Shown one piece after another: positions 1 through 8,433 of a DNA stretch of 64,000 bases (position 1 is the first letter of the stretch; the number at the start of each line of letters is the position of its first letter). The position numbers were made by a program, and so were the translations under genes. The notes beneath the pieces were generated by a model. That model saw only the letters and a program-made list of their open reading frames with translations. It was not told where the DNA came from and made no database searches. The DNA is from a virus (Duplodnaviria; Heunggongvirae; Uroviricota; Caudoviricetes): IMG/VR virus record IMGVR_UViG_3300043425_000245; one strand, written 5' to 3'.

Positions 1-26
1 CCAGGACAACCAGGAAGTAGATACTA

Positions 27-524
27 ATGATTGCAACACTATCACAATACTCGAAGCATAAGGATGGAACCTATGTTTCAATGGACTTAACTCAAGGGTG
101 CAAAGATATCCTAGACCATTTCGTTGAGACTAATCTAGGTTTGACCGAGCGAGTTGACAAATCAACATATCATATTACTGTAATATATTCACGTGCGCCA
201 GTACCATCAGCTGAGCAATACGTTGGCACTGAGTCTGCTATCCAAGCACGTGTCACAGGTTATGAAATATTCCCCACAAAGAACGACGGCAAGTGTTTGG
301 TGATGCGTTTGGACTTTCCATTCGCCAACCTATTAAACAAGCAATTGACCGCTGAGGGTGCCACCTCTGACTATGATACATACAAGCCACATATGACCAT
401 TGCGTATGATATCACACAACAGATTGATCCAGAGACTCTACCAATCCCACAATTCCATTTGAACTTTGGTCCTGTGAAGGTTGAGCCGTTAGATCCTGTA
501 TTCGTTCCAAAGAACAAGGAATAA
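27..524 (+). CDS. acb1: 2H phosphodiesterase, T4 gp57B / Acb1 (anti-CBASS) homologue
   Basis: Two HxT motifs (HITVIYSR, PHMTIAY) plus GxYV, LVxxLD, GATxDxDxYxPH and EPL segments collinear with T4 57B as recalled. Confidence 0.75.
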   Translation: MIATLSQYSKHKDGTYVSMDLTQGCKDILDHFVETNLGLTERVDKSTYHITVIYSRAPVPSAEQYVGTESAIQARVTGYEIFPTKNDGKCLVMRLDFPFANLLNKQLTAEGATSDYDTYKPHMTIAYDITQQIDPETLPIPQFHLNFGPVKVEPLDPVFVPKNKE

Positions 525-525
525 C

Positions 526-819
526 ATGTACCACGAACCAGATTTTCAAACATACGATTATACGATCGGTGGTAAGCTGGTCGTTGGTAGAGCAGTCCTT
601 GCTGAATCGTATCAAGATCTAATGATGAGCGACAAAGAGGCTCGTCAACAAGTCAAAGAGAAGCTCATCTCTGATATGGCTCAGTACATGTTGGAGAATA
701 ACCTTGTTGAGTTTATGCAGCAGAAGAACGTTGACATGACAACAACTGTTGTAGTTCGTGCTTATTTGGCACCAAACAACGAGATAAAGATTCTAAGATT
801 AGCAAATAAGATTGTATGA
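526..819 (+). CDS. hypothetical protein
   Basis: ORF tightly packed in operon, AAGGA upstream. Confidence 0.6.
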   Translation: MYHEPDFQTYDYTIGGKLVVGRAVLAESYQDLMMSDKEARQQVKEKLISDMAQYMLENNLVEFMQQKNVDMTTTVVVRAYLAPNNEIKILRLANKIV

Positions 820-1055
820 AGTATTACACCATTGTATTCCCAGGAGAGTACGGGCAACATGTTCAAGAAACGTGGAGCACTGATCAGATTCTAAAATCAT
901 ATTATCCTTATTGGTGTGGTATGATGATACAGAACGTTGCTGCTCCAGATCTATCAGAAGTTAATTGTATTGACGATTGGATTGTGACTCATTGGGCGAT
1001 GGAAACTGATCAATTTGGAAATAAGTTATGTCAGAATACATCCAACAATGCATAA
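816..1055 (+). CDS. hypothetical protein
   Basis: ATGA overlap with the previous ORF. Confidence 0.6.
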   Translation: MKYYTIVFPGEYGQHVQETWSTDQILKSYYPYWCGMMIQNVAAPDLSEVNCIDDWIVTHWAMETDQFGNKLCQNTSNNA

Positions 1056-1189
1056 TCGCTGCGGTTTATAACCTTACGATTCTCTTTCTCTGTACAACTT
1101 TAGTACTCTTTTTTGGGTTTAGCCCTTGGTGGTATCTGGGAGCAGTCCTACTGTTCGCCAGCTGTAAAAAAGATCAAGAAAACGCTTGA
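1028..1189 (+). CDS. small membrane protein (53 aa)
   Basis: Manually translated MSEYIQQCIIAAVYNLTILFLCTTLVLFFGFSPWWYLGAVLLFASCKKDQENA; fills the gap. Confidence 0.55.
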   Translation: MSEYIQQCIIAAVYNLTILFLCTTLVLFFGFSPWWYLGAVLLFASCKKDQENA

Positions 1190-1214
1190 CTTTAATTCAG
1201 ATCAGCGGTATAAT
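1186..1214 (+). promoter_or_regulatory. sigma70-type early promoter
   Basis: TTGACT-17 nt-TATAAT, followed by TGTATTGATTAGGAGAA. Confidence 0.85.
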
Positions 1215-1238
1215 TACTGTATTGATTAGGAGAAAAGT

Positions 1239-1442
1239 ATGTCGTTCGAAACTAAGGTTCTTGAAGTTGCCACTCCCCACCTCACTGCTGGCGAGTCCGC
1301 TTACTTTTTCAACGGTACTTTGTTCGTTGATGGTGTTGAGCGTACATCGCGAAAGATCTTCTCCGATATCATGATGAAGATTACACCCATGGTCAAAGTC
1401 TCCAAGACTGGTCCAGAAGAATTTGCTATTGATTTTGTTTGA
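1239..1442 (+). CDS. hypothetical early protein
   Basis: Strong SD (AGGAGA) and promoter upstream. Confidence 0.7.
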   Translation: MSFETKVLEVATPHLTAGESAYFFNGTLFVDGVERTSRKIFSDIMMKITPMVKVSKTGPEEFAIDFV

Positions 1443-1449
1443 GGTTGTT

Positions 1450-2529
1450 ATGCGTAAACTTGCTAAGATTGTTCGAATTGATGAACTGAACCCAATCGAG
1501 GGTGCTGATGCCATTGAGTGCGCAGTTGTTGGTGGTTGGAAAGTTGTAGCCCAAAAGGGTTTGTACAACGTTGGTGACCTCGCTATCTATTTTGAGATCG
1601 ACTCTTGGATCCCACACGATTTGGCTCCATTCCTGTCTAAAGGTAAAGAACCACGCGAGTTCGAAGGTGTGAAGGGTGAACGTCTTAAGACTATCAAGCT
1701 GCGTGGTCAGCTGTCTCAAGGTTTGCTGATGCCGTTGGAATACACTGAAGACGGCGGATTCTATTTCCGTCGCACCGATGGTGACATTCAGAATGTTAGC
1801 GAAGGCCAAGACGTTACTGAATTGCTTGGCATCAAGAAGTGGGAGAAGCCCGTCAATGCTCAGTTGGCTGGCGTGTGCCGTGGTAACTTTCCATCGCTGA
1901 TTCCTAAGACTGATCAAGAACGTGCTCAAAACCTGAAGAAAGAAATTGTTGCTGCGAACGAGGCTGGCACTCAATTTGAAATCACTGAGAAGCTAGAAGG
2001 CTCATCTATGACCGTATATCGTATGGTTGTCGATGGTGAGATGCAGTTCGGTGTTTGCTCACGTAACATGGATCTCAAGGAAGTGGCTGGTAATACATTC
2101 TGGGACGTTGCTCGTCAGGATGATATCGAGGCTAAGATGATTGCTGTTGATGAGTTCTGGTCATTTGCTATTCAAGGTGAATTGGTTGGTCCCAACATCC
2201 AAGGCAACATCTACAAACTATCTAAACCCGAATTCCGTGTGTTTGATGTTTACGATATTCAGGCTGGTAAGTATCTGAACCCTGAAGCACGTTGGCAACT
2301 GATCACTCGTATGGGGTTGAAGCACGTGCCAGTTTTGGCTTTCACTGCTTCTATGTACGATACCCTTGGAATCAGCGACATGAACCAGATGTTGGAATTT
2401 GCCGATGGTAAGTCTATGAACGGTGCTGCTGGCCATGAGCCACTTCGCGAAGGTGTAGTGTTCAAAGAGGTCAACGGGGGCATGACTTTCAAGGTTATCT
2501 CTAATCAGTACCTGTTAGGTGAAAAGTAG
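1450..2529 (+). CDS. RNA ligase, DRB0094-type (N-terminal OB fold plus nucleotidyltransferase)
   Basis: MRKLAxIxRI..GADAIE..GGWKVV..YFEIDS N-terminus; EKLEGSS, QGELVG, FRVFDVY, EGVVFK and FKVISNxYL motifs; GAGG SD before ATG 1450. Confidence 0.9.
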   Translation: MRKLAKIVRIDELNPIEGADAIECAVVGGWKVVAQKGLYNVGDLAIYFEIDSWIPHDLAPFLSKGKEPREFEGVKGERLKTIKLRGQLSQGLLMPLEYTEDGGFYFRRTDGDIQNVSEGQDVTELLGIKKWEKPVNAQLAGVCRGNFPSLIPKTDQERAQNLKKEIVAANEAGTQFEITEKLEGSSMTVYRMVVDGEMQFGVCSRNMDLKEVAGNTFWDVARQDDIEAKMIAVDEFWSFAIQGELVGPNIQGNIYKLSKPEFRVFDVYDIQAGKYLNPEARWQLITRMGLKHVPVLAFTASMYDTLGISDMNQMLEFADGKSMNGAAGHEPLREGVVFKEVNGGMTFKVISNQYLLGEK

Positions 2530-2537
2530 TAAAAAAG

Positions 2538-2561
2538 AAACCCTACCGAGTGTAGGGTTTT
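2538..2561 (+). terminator. hairpin terminator, overlapping the CCCT-N9-AGGG element
   Basis: AAACCCTAC-CGAGT-GTAGGGTTT followed by T tract. Confidence 0.65.
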
Positions 2562-2574
2562 TATCAAATATCGC

Positions 2575-2603
2575 TTTACTTTAATTCAACATTAAACTAT
2601 AAT
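2575..2603 (+). promoter_or_regulatory. sigma70-type early promoter
   Basis: TTTACT-17-TATAAT with TTAATT spacer start. Confidence 0.8.
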
Positions 2604-2633
2604 TAATGTATTGGTTGAGATAAAGGACATATT

Positions 2634-3311
2634 ATGAAGCTGTTGAGCACTGGTAACCCAAAGTTGATCAAAGGTGAGAAGAAAGGTTATTTGTCATTCG
2701 TTCTTCACCTGTCACCTGCCGATGTGGCTGGTTATGAAACCTGCCCAAAGCGCACTGCTGGTTGCACAGCTGCTTGCCTGAATACCGCTGGTCGTGGTGG
2801 TATGTTCAAACCAGGTGGCACAAATACTATTCAAGAAGCACGCAAGCGCAAGACACGTATGTTCTTTGAGCAACGCGATCAGTTCTTGGCTGACCTCGAA
2901 GCCGATATTCGTAAGGGTATCAAACAAGCAGAAAAGAAAGGTATGATCCCTGCTTTTCGTTTGAATGGCACCAGTGATATCGCTTGGGAAAAGTATGGTA
3001 TCATCCAGAAGTTTCCCGAAGTCCAATTCTATGATTATACAAAGATCCGCAATCGTAAAGTTGCTGCACTGAGCAACTACCACTTGACCTTCTCGAAGGC
3101 TGATGGTAACGATATGGATGTTCGTTTGGCTGCATCTGCTGGTATGAACGTGGCAGTTGTATTCAAAGATGTACCCGATGCTTATATCGGTCGTACAGTT
3201 ATTGATGGTGATGAAACCGATCTGCGATTCCTTGACCCAAAGGGTGTTGTGGTTGGTTTGAAAGCCAAAGGTCGTGCTCGTAAAGACACTTCTGGTTTTG
3301 TAGTTGTTTAA
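2634..3311 (+). CDS. GP88-family protein
   Basis: LLSxGNPKxxKG..LHLxPA..ETCP....GCxxACLNTAGRG..FRLNGTSDIxWE..FYDYTK..GDETDLRFLDP pattern. Confidence 0.8.
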   Translation: MKLLSTGNPKLIKGEKKGYLSFVLHLSPADVAGYETCPKRTAGCTAACLNTAGRGGMFKPGGTNTIQEARKRKTRMFFEQRDQFLADLEADIRKGIKQAEKKGMIPAFRLNGTSDIAWEKYGIIQKFPEVQFYDYTKIRNRKVAALSNYHLTFSKADGNDMDVRLAASAGMNVAVVFKDVPDAYIGRTVIDGDETDLRFLDPKGVVVGLKAKGRARKDTSGFVVV

Positions 3312-3327
3312 ATAAGGAAATTATATC

Positions 3328-3684
3328 ATGGCAAAAGCTCAAATCATCGAAGCCCCAATCGAGGGTGTTTTCGGCGAACAAGTAAATGTTGGTGACCAAG
3401 TTATGGTCGTGACCACTGGTTATTCTCATCGAGTGAATGTTCGTAAGGGTATCTACAAAGGTTATGTTGATACAGGAATGGGTTGGCGAAAGAGCAAGAA
3501 AGCAAAGATCGAGATCAATTCTACTCGATCTATTCAAGTCAAGCCTGACGGCACTGAGTTTAATTGGAAGACTGATTATAACCAAGGCACATGGAATGAG
3601 GTCAAGGATACTCTGACTCGTCAGGTTGTTCCTTATACATACGAAACCACTCTTCAACTCAACCGCATCGCAACTATCAAGTAA
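3328..3684 (+). CDS. hypothetical protein
   Basis: ORF with AAGGA SD. Confidence 0.7.
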   Translation: MAKAQIIEAPIEGVFGEQVNVGDQVMVVTTGYSHRVNVRKGIYKGYVDTGMGWRKSKKAKIEINSTRSIQVKPDGTEFNWKTDYNQGTWNEVKDTLTRQVVPYTYETTLQLNRIATIK

Positions 3685-3959
3685 TGGATAAAGATATCAT
3701 CCTCGCAGCAGCCAATATGATGTCCGATAAAGGATATGGACTTGGCAATGAACCAGATTATCTCAAGTTCAAGGCAGGTCGCTTGCTCCTGACATTGGTC
3801 AAGTATCGGGATGCGGGGATGAATTCTTACACCTATTTCTGGAAGAACGAACAAGAGCGAGTCGCATCACCATTCTTTGATTCTGAGAAAGAAGCCTATG
3901 CGTGGATCAAACAGGTTGACGAATGGGATAACTGGAAAGCCAACAAGGATATCGTATGA
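3684..3959 (+). CDS. hypothetical protein
   Basis: TAATG overlap. Confidence 0.65.
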   Translation: MDKDIILAAANMMSDKGYGLGNEPDYLKFKAGRLLLTLVKYRDAGMNSYTYFWKNEQERVASPFFDSEKEAYAWIKQVDEWDNWKANKDIV

Positions 3960-4303
3960 GAGTAATTATTGCTGGTGGTCGTGATATCCATGATTACAAC
4001 CTAGTGCTTGATGCGATCGTTGAATGTAACTTCAATATTCAGGCTGTTGTATCTGGTGGCGCCAAAGGTGTTGATGCTCTTGGTGAGCGATATGCTGAGT
4101 CAGCCGATGTACCATTGCATATATTTGAAGCTGACTGGCAAACCCATGGTCGTGCCGCTGGACCAATCCGTAACCGAAAGATGGCAGAGAATGCCGATGC
4201 ACTAATCGCTATCTGGGATGGTAAGTCCCGTGGCACTAAGAATATGATTGAAACAGCAACCAAGAAAGGTTTGCTGGTATATGTAAAGAGGACTGATGTA
4301 TGA
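3956..4303 (+). CDS. SLOG-superfamily protein (DUF2493/YspA-like)
   Basis: IIAGGRD..VVSGGAKGVDALGE..ADW..HGRAAGPIRNxxMAExADALIAIWDGKSRGTKNMI. Confidence 0.9.
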   Translation: MRVIIAGGRDIHDYNLVLDAIVECNFNIQAVVSGGAKGVDALGERYAESADVPLHIFEADWQTHGRAAGPIRNRKMAENADALIAIWDGKSRGTKNMIETATKKGLLVYVKRTDV

Positions 4304-4557
4304 TGGCTACAATTGAACAAAGAATGGCTCAACTGGAGGCTCGTGTAGCCCAACTTGAAGCTCGGATTGCTAATCAAGAAGCCAAACATATGACGTTTGG
4401 TCCATCCACTCCATATCAACCGACTCCTGTCTCGCCATACCCAAACCCTCTAAGCCCATGGAATCCTCCATATACAATTACCTGTAAGATGGCTGATGGT
4501 ACAACCAAAGAAATGACCTTCACCACTCCGATCGTTGCTCAAACTAATGTAAAATGA
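4300..4557 (+). CDS. hypothetical protein (coiled coil plus Pro-rich)
   Basis: ATGA overlap; heptad repeat then P-rich tract. Confidence 0.6.
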   Translation: MMATIEQRMAQLEARVAQLEARIANQEAKHMTFGPSTPYQPTPVSPYPNPLSPWNPPYTITCKMADGTTKEMTFTTPIVAQTNVK

Positions 4558-4916
4558 TAGTTCTAACCTTATTCACACTGCTCGTCCTGAAGCATTTCAT
4601 TCTGGACTTTCCTGCTCAAACACCATACCAATGGATGAACAAGGGAACATATGGGCATCCTGGTGGTCTATTACACGCTGGTCTTCATGGTCTAGGAACA
4701 ATGCTCGTGTTCGGTATCTTTATCGTTCCACAATGGGCAATTATCCTTGGTCTAATTGATATGGTTCTACACTATCATATTGACTGGGTGAAGATGAATG
4801 TCAATAAGAAATACGGTTGGAAAGCAGATACTCATCCTGAGTTCTGGATCGCTCTCGGTCTGGACCAACTGGCTCATTATCTGACATATTGCCTCTTGAT
4901 TGGAATGATCCTATGA
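4554..4916 (+). CDS. DUF3307-like membrane protein
   Basis: KHFxxDFxxQ..HAxxHG..HYxIDWxK..GLDQxxH pattern. Confidence 0.85.
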   Translation: MIVLTLFTLLVLKHFILDFPAQTPYQWMNKGTYGHPGGLLHAGLHGLGTMLVFGIFIVPQWAIILGLIDMVLHYHIDWVKMNVNKKYGWKADTHPEFWIALGLDQLAHYLTYCLLIGMIL

Positions 4917-5356
4917 AAGAACGTGTCTGGGTTGTTGCTGGTAACAGGCACGAGTTTGACAATTATGTAAGAAACAAGCCTCTCAATGGCGATAAGAAAT
5001 ACCACTATGTTCAGGATGTGGCAACCATAAGAGGCTTAATTAATCCCCGTGGAGTTCTTATTGGTAATTGGAAGCATCGCGATGATATTATTCAGATTCT
5101 TGACCAGCTAATCATATCCACTCATACGAATACTGATACGCTGCAAAAGATCAAGATAGATCTAATTCGCAATGCCACTCCTGCGGTTATGCATTCGGCA
5201 TCTATAAACCAAGCTGCCCAGATGTTATCCAATGCCATCGACCAACAAGTATTGGATACATTCGCAGGTATAAAGAAACCAACTGTATTTGATATCATGG
5301 AAGAATACGATAATCCCAACATTCGTATGCAAACATGGCAAGGATTCATCAAATGA
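4913..5356 (+). CDS. hypothetical protein, N-terminal domain paralogous to 5940-6398
   Basis: ATGA overlap; VVAGNxxEF..NPxGVxIGxWKxRxDI shared with 5940-6398. Confidence 0.65.
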   Translation: MKERVWVVAGNRHEFDNYVRNKPLNGDKKYHYVQDVATIRGLINPRGVLIGNWKHRDDIIQILDQLIISTHTNTDTLQKIKIDLIRNATPAVMHSASINQAAQMLSNAIDQQVLDTFAGIKKPTVFDIMEEYDNPNIRMQTWQGFIK

Positions 5357-5706
5357 AAGATCTAATTCCCTTCAACACCAGAGTAATTGACCGAGACGGT
5401 GAGATTGTATATCAACGTCGTCCTGTATTTGCCTATGTAAAGACCATATGGTATAAACCATGGGCTTCTCGTATCGAATACGAAGTCGAAGAATGGTATG
5501 ATGTTGATATGCCCAAGATGCCAACCTATCGAGTGGGAGATAGAATCCAAGTAAAATCAGGTTCATTCTCTCCTGGCACCATGGGTGAAATCAAGTATAT
5601 CGAACCATACAAGAAAACACTATGGGTTCTACGAGATGGCGCAAGTAAGGATATTCCCTACCAACCAGAAGAAGTTGACCTGATTTGGAGACGACCAAAT
5701 GACTGA
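5353..5706 (+). CDS. hypothetical protein
   Basis: ATGA overlap; C-terminal YRVGDRIQV KOW-like segment. Confidence 0.6.
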   Translation: MKDLIPFNTRVIDRDGEIVYQRRPVFAYVKTIWYKPWASRIEYEVEEWYDVDMPKMPTYRVGDRIQVKSGSFSPGTMGEIKYIEPYKKTLWVLRDGASKDIPYQPEEVDLIWRRPND

Positions 5707-5947
5707 AGAAGAAGTAATTAAGGACATTATCCGTCGTTCCAATGCAAAGGTTAAGCTGATTCGTAAGCATCAGAAGGAACTTCAAGAGATCTATGACCAA
5801 TGTAATCACCATGGTACAGTGGAACAGAAATCATCCTATTTCGGTGGCTCATACTATGACCATGCATATACTCGCTATTGGGCTCAATGTACAGTCTGCG
5901 GTAAGAAATCAGAAGAAGTAACAAAAGAACATAGTTATTATGGATAA
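5699..5947 (+). CDS. hypothetical protein, possible Zn ligand set
   Basis: CxH and CxxC motifs; overlapping operon ORF. Confidence 0.6.
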   Translation: MTEEEVIKDIIRRSNAKVKLIRKHQKELQEIYDQCNHHGTVEQKSSYFGGSYYDHAYTRYWAQCTVCGKKSEEVTKEHSYYG

Positions 5948-6398
5948 GAAGTTTGTCATTGCAGGAAATAAGGGTGAGTTCTACGACTATGCAAATAAAC
6001 CATCTGTATCATCCAGAGAGCTAGTCTATGTGGACACCCCTGCATCTCTGCATCTTAATGGGAATCCTCATGGTGTATTCATTGGTACTTGGAAGAGCCG
6101 AACAGATATCCTGGATATTCTAAATGCACTGGAGATTCTATGGAACTTTCAGAATACAACCATTAGAAAGATCCGTGAAAGTCTGGTAAATGCATCGCCA
6201 AGTCCACTGGCAGTCTATCTAAATGGAGTCCTGCAGGCACCAGCTGATTATACTGTATCAGGTAACACTGTATCCATATATAATCCAACCAATCAAATTG
6301 CCACCATTGAACTGAAAACTTCCGATAAAATGCTGTATTCTTTCAATGCAATGCCCTACGACACTCTACATGCATCGCTGCATATTAATATATCATGA
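5940..6398 (+). CDS. hypothetical protein
   Basis: Paralogous N-terminus to 4913-5356; C-terminal VYLNGVLQ..DYTVSG motif. Confidence 0.65.
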   Translation: MDKKFVIAGNKGEFYDYANKPSVSSRELVYVDTPASLHLNGNPHGVFIGTWKSRTDILDILNALEILWNFQNTTIRKIRESLVNASPSPLAVYLNGVLQAPADYTVSGNTVSIYNPTNQIATIELKTSDKMLYSFNAMPYDTLHASLHINIS

Positions 6399-6574
6399 CA
6401 CCTGAATTCATTGAACGAGCACGTAAAGACTTTGATAAGGACGATCGATATCTAGATTGGGAATCATTCCTGGCTGGATATTGGGCTGCAACAAAGAGAT
6501 TTGGACAAAGAGAAGATCGTAGAGAGATTCGTTCAAAGCAAGGGTATTCACGTATAGGATTGAATAATGTATGA
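6395..6574 (+). CDS. hypothetical protein (59 aa)
   Basis: Manually translated; ATGA overlaps at both ends. Confidence 0.55.
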   Translation: MTPEFIERARKDFDKDDRYLDWESFLAGYWAATKRFGQREDRREIRSKQGYSRIGLNNV

Positions 6575-6801
6575 ACTGGGAAGAAACCGAACAAGAACTA
6601 ATCCGTCTAAAAGCCATACTGGCATCCCTGCATAATAGACCAGAGCGAGACTGGGAAATCCATGAAGTAGACGCTGCAAGAATCGCTCGTCGTAAATGTA
6701 TAGAGATCGGTGAGTATCGTTATAGTCTATTAAGGAAGAAAATCCCTGTTCAAGATAAAAAGAATCTGATCAAAGAATTATTGGGAGTTAATCGTGATTA
6801 A
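6571..6801 (+). CDS. hypothetical protein
   Basis: ATGA overlap. Confidence 0.55.
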   Translation: MNWEETEQELIRLKAILASLHNRPERDWEIHEVDAARIARRKCIEIGEYRYSLLRKKIPVQDKKNLIKELLGVNRD

Positions 6802-6933
6802 ACCTATCCCTCGCTATGTTGACCATCTATGGTATCCGATCCTATGTCGAGTCCGAGGGTCAAATCATTCTAGAATCGTGGAAATGCAGGGGAAAGAAGT
6901 AAATGCTTGGAATGATTATGTACGGAGCCAAAG

Positions 6934-7119
6934 ATGAATAGACTAAGCAAAGAACTGGCAGAACAAGCTGGTTATCCCGATTCGATGACATACGGTCAGG
7001 ATAAGGTATTGGAAAGATTAATTCATCTGGTCGTGGAAGAATGCATCAATACTCTATCAGCAGACGACGGTGCAACCCATCATGAAGAACTTCTATTACA
7101 AAGATTTGGACTAAAATGA
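6934..7119 (+). CDS. hypothetical protein
   Basis: ORF with GGAG upstream. Confidence 0.55.
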   Translation: MNRLSKELAEQAGYPDSMTYGQDKVLERLIHLVVEECINTLSADDGATHHEELLLQRFGLK

Positions 7120-7274
7120 AACTAACTGAAGAACACAAACAATTCCTGATAGATCTAAGAGACAGCGGAGTAACCAACATGTGGGGTGCCTCTCCGTATC
7201 TAGAAAGAGAATTCGGTCTAACCCGTAAAGAAGCCTCGGATATCCTATTACAATGGATCAAATCATTTAAATGA
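7116..7274 (+). CDS. small phage protein (52 aa)
   Basis: Manually translated; LRDSGVTNMWGASPYL motif recognised from other phages; ATGA overlaps. Confidence 0.65.
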   Translation: MKLTEEHKQFLIDLRDSGVTNMWGASPYLEREFGLTRKEASDILLQWIKSFK

Positions 7275-7525
7275 GAGAATTAAAACAACTTCTCCTGCTG
7301 GCTCCCAAGGGACATATTGATCCCATAGCCATGAAAACCATCAAGGAATGGGATAAAAACCCAAAAGCTATCCAAATCCTAAAGACCTTAGATATGTGTG
7401 TTCACTCGGGATTAGCCTCTAGTTTCGTTATACATGTCCTGGAGCAAATGTTTAATAAAGCTCTAAAGAAAGAGAAAACAACATACGAAGAAGTAGTCAA
7501 GGAAGCGACATGGAGACAATCCTAA
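7271..7525 (+). CDS. hypothetical protein
   Basis: ATGA overlap. Confidence 0.6.
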   Translation: MRELKQLLLLAPKGHIDPIAMKTIKEWDKNPKAIQILKTLDMCVHSGLASSFVIHVLEQMFNKALKKEKTTYEEVVKEATWRQS

Positions 7526-7603
7526 TAATCTATGCTATCGCGAATGCTCTAATAATACTATATTTCTTCGTATATAAGAACCGTCAAGCAGATAAGGAAT
7601 ATA

Positions 7604-7846
7604 ATGAGCAACTCCGAAGAATTCGACATAGTAATCAATACTCTACAGGAAGCCAAGGATAAACTCTGGAAGATGACCCAATCCAATATGAATATGGATA
7701 TGTTTAATGTAATGGATCAAATAAGGCTAGAACAGATACAGGAATTAAACGAGGCTATGGGTATGTGGCTAATCTGGAAGGATCAGAGGGAGCAGTCGCT
7801 AGTCGCTCCTGCCAAAGAGGCTCACACGGATAGAGGCTCACACTAG
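7604..7846 (+). CDS. hypothetical protein
   Basis: AAGGA SD; 3' end runs into the repeats. Confidence 0.55.
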   Translation: MSNSEEFDIVINTLQEAKDKLWKMTQSNMNMDMFNVMDQIRLEQIQELNEAMGMWLIWKDQREQSLVAPAKEAHTDRGSH

Positions 7847-7890
7847 TATAGGGAAAGAGGCTCACAGGGTAATTCTAATAGAGGCTCACA
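7816..7890 (+). repeat. four direct repeats of AGAGGCTCACA (iteron-like)
   Basis: Exact 11-mers at 7816, 7832, 7856, 7880. Confidence 0.9.
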
Positions 7891-7960
7891 GTGTCCTGTA
7901 TATTATAGGGAATACTGTGTATCTGAACTGGTCTCTATTTAGGTAGCTCTGGGAAGAGTC

Positions 7961-7968
7961 TATAAATA
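7961..7968 (+). promoter_or_regulatory. T4-type late promoter
   Basis: TATAAATA consensus upstream of ORF 8018. Confidence 0.6.
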
Positions 7969-8017
7969 GGACTTGGCGTTCGTCTTAATCCTTTTGCTAC
8001 GAAAGGCAAATTTTTTT

Positions 8018-8335
8018 ATGCCAGGAGTTTACCGAGAAAAGCAGTGTCCCGTGTGTGGTGTTACGCATCGCCGCAGAGGACCATATTGCTCTAGAAGCCA
8101 CGCAGCACAGGATCGCACGCACTCGGCGGAGACTATCGCTAAGATTGCTCAGTCGAATAAGGACAGGGTCGCTGATCGTACGTCAGATGCTTACTTAGAA
8201 TCAGCAGCTAATCTACGAGACGCTGCCATGAAGTCCAAGGGGATCGTTCGGGATCCGATCCCTCCCCGTCTTCGCGATGACCGTCCTGGCGAGGTCATTG
8301 ATGGGGACTATTGGGTATCGGCTGACGATTGGTAA
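8018..8335 (+). CDS. small protein with Cys motif and NUMOD3-like DNA-binding segment
   Basis: CPVCG..YCSRSH and HSAETIAKIAQS; ATG at 8018. Confidence 0.6.
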   Translation: MPGVYREKQCPVCGVTHRRRGPYCSRSHAAQDRTHSAETIAKIAQSNKDRVADRTSDAYLESAANLRDAAMKSKGIVRDPIPPRLRDDRPGEVIDGDYWVSADDW

Positions 8336-8360
8336 AACCTATCAGTCGCAGTACAGCTGG

Positions 8361-8389
8361 ATTATACCTTATTCCCGAATTAAAGTCAA
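8361..8389 (-). promoter_or_regulatory. minus-strand sigma70-type promoter, antisense to 8018-8335
   Basis: Reverse complement reads TTGACT-TTAATTCGGGAATAAGG(17)-TATAAT. Confidence 0.8.
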
Positions 8390-8433
8390 GTCAGATTATT
8401 CCCTACAAGAACTGAGGGGATTGCAAAATAAAT

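Noticed and set aside
1028-1189. Suspected frameshifted pseudogene in the gap left by the ORF track
   Set aside because: Careful reading gives an intact 53 aa ORF below the track length cutoff.
7816-7890. Mini CRISPR array
   Set aside because: Repeat is only 11 nt with 5-13 nt spacers; no cas genes in the window.
8018-8335. Homing endonuclease
   Set aside because: NUMOD3-like segment only; no HNH or GIY-YIG catalytic motif.
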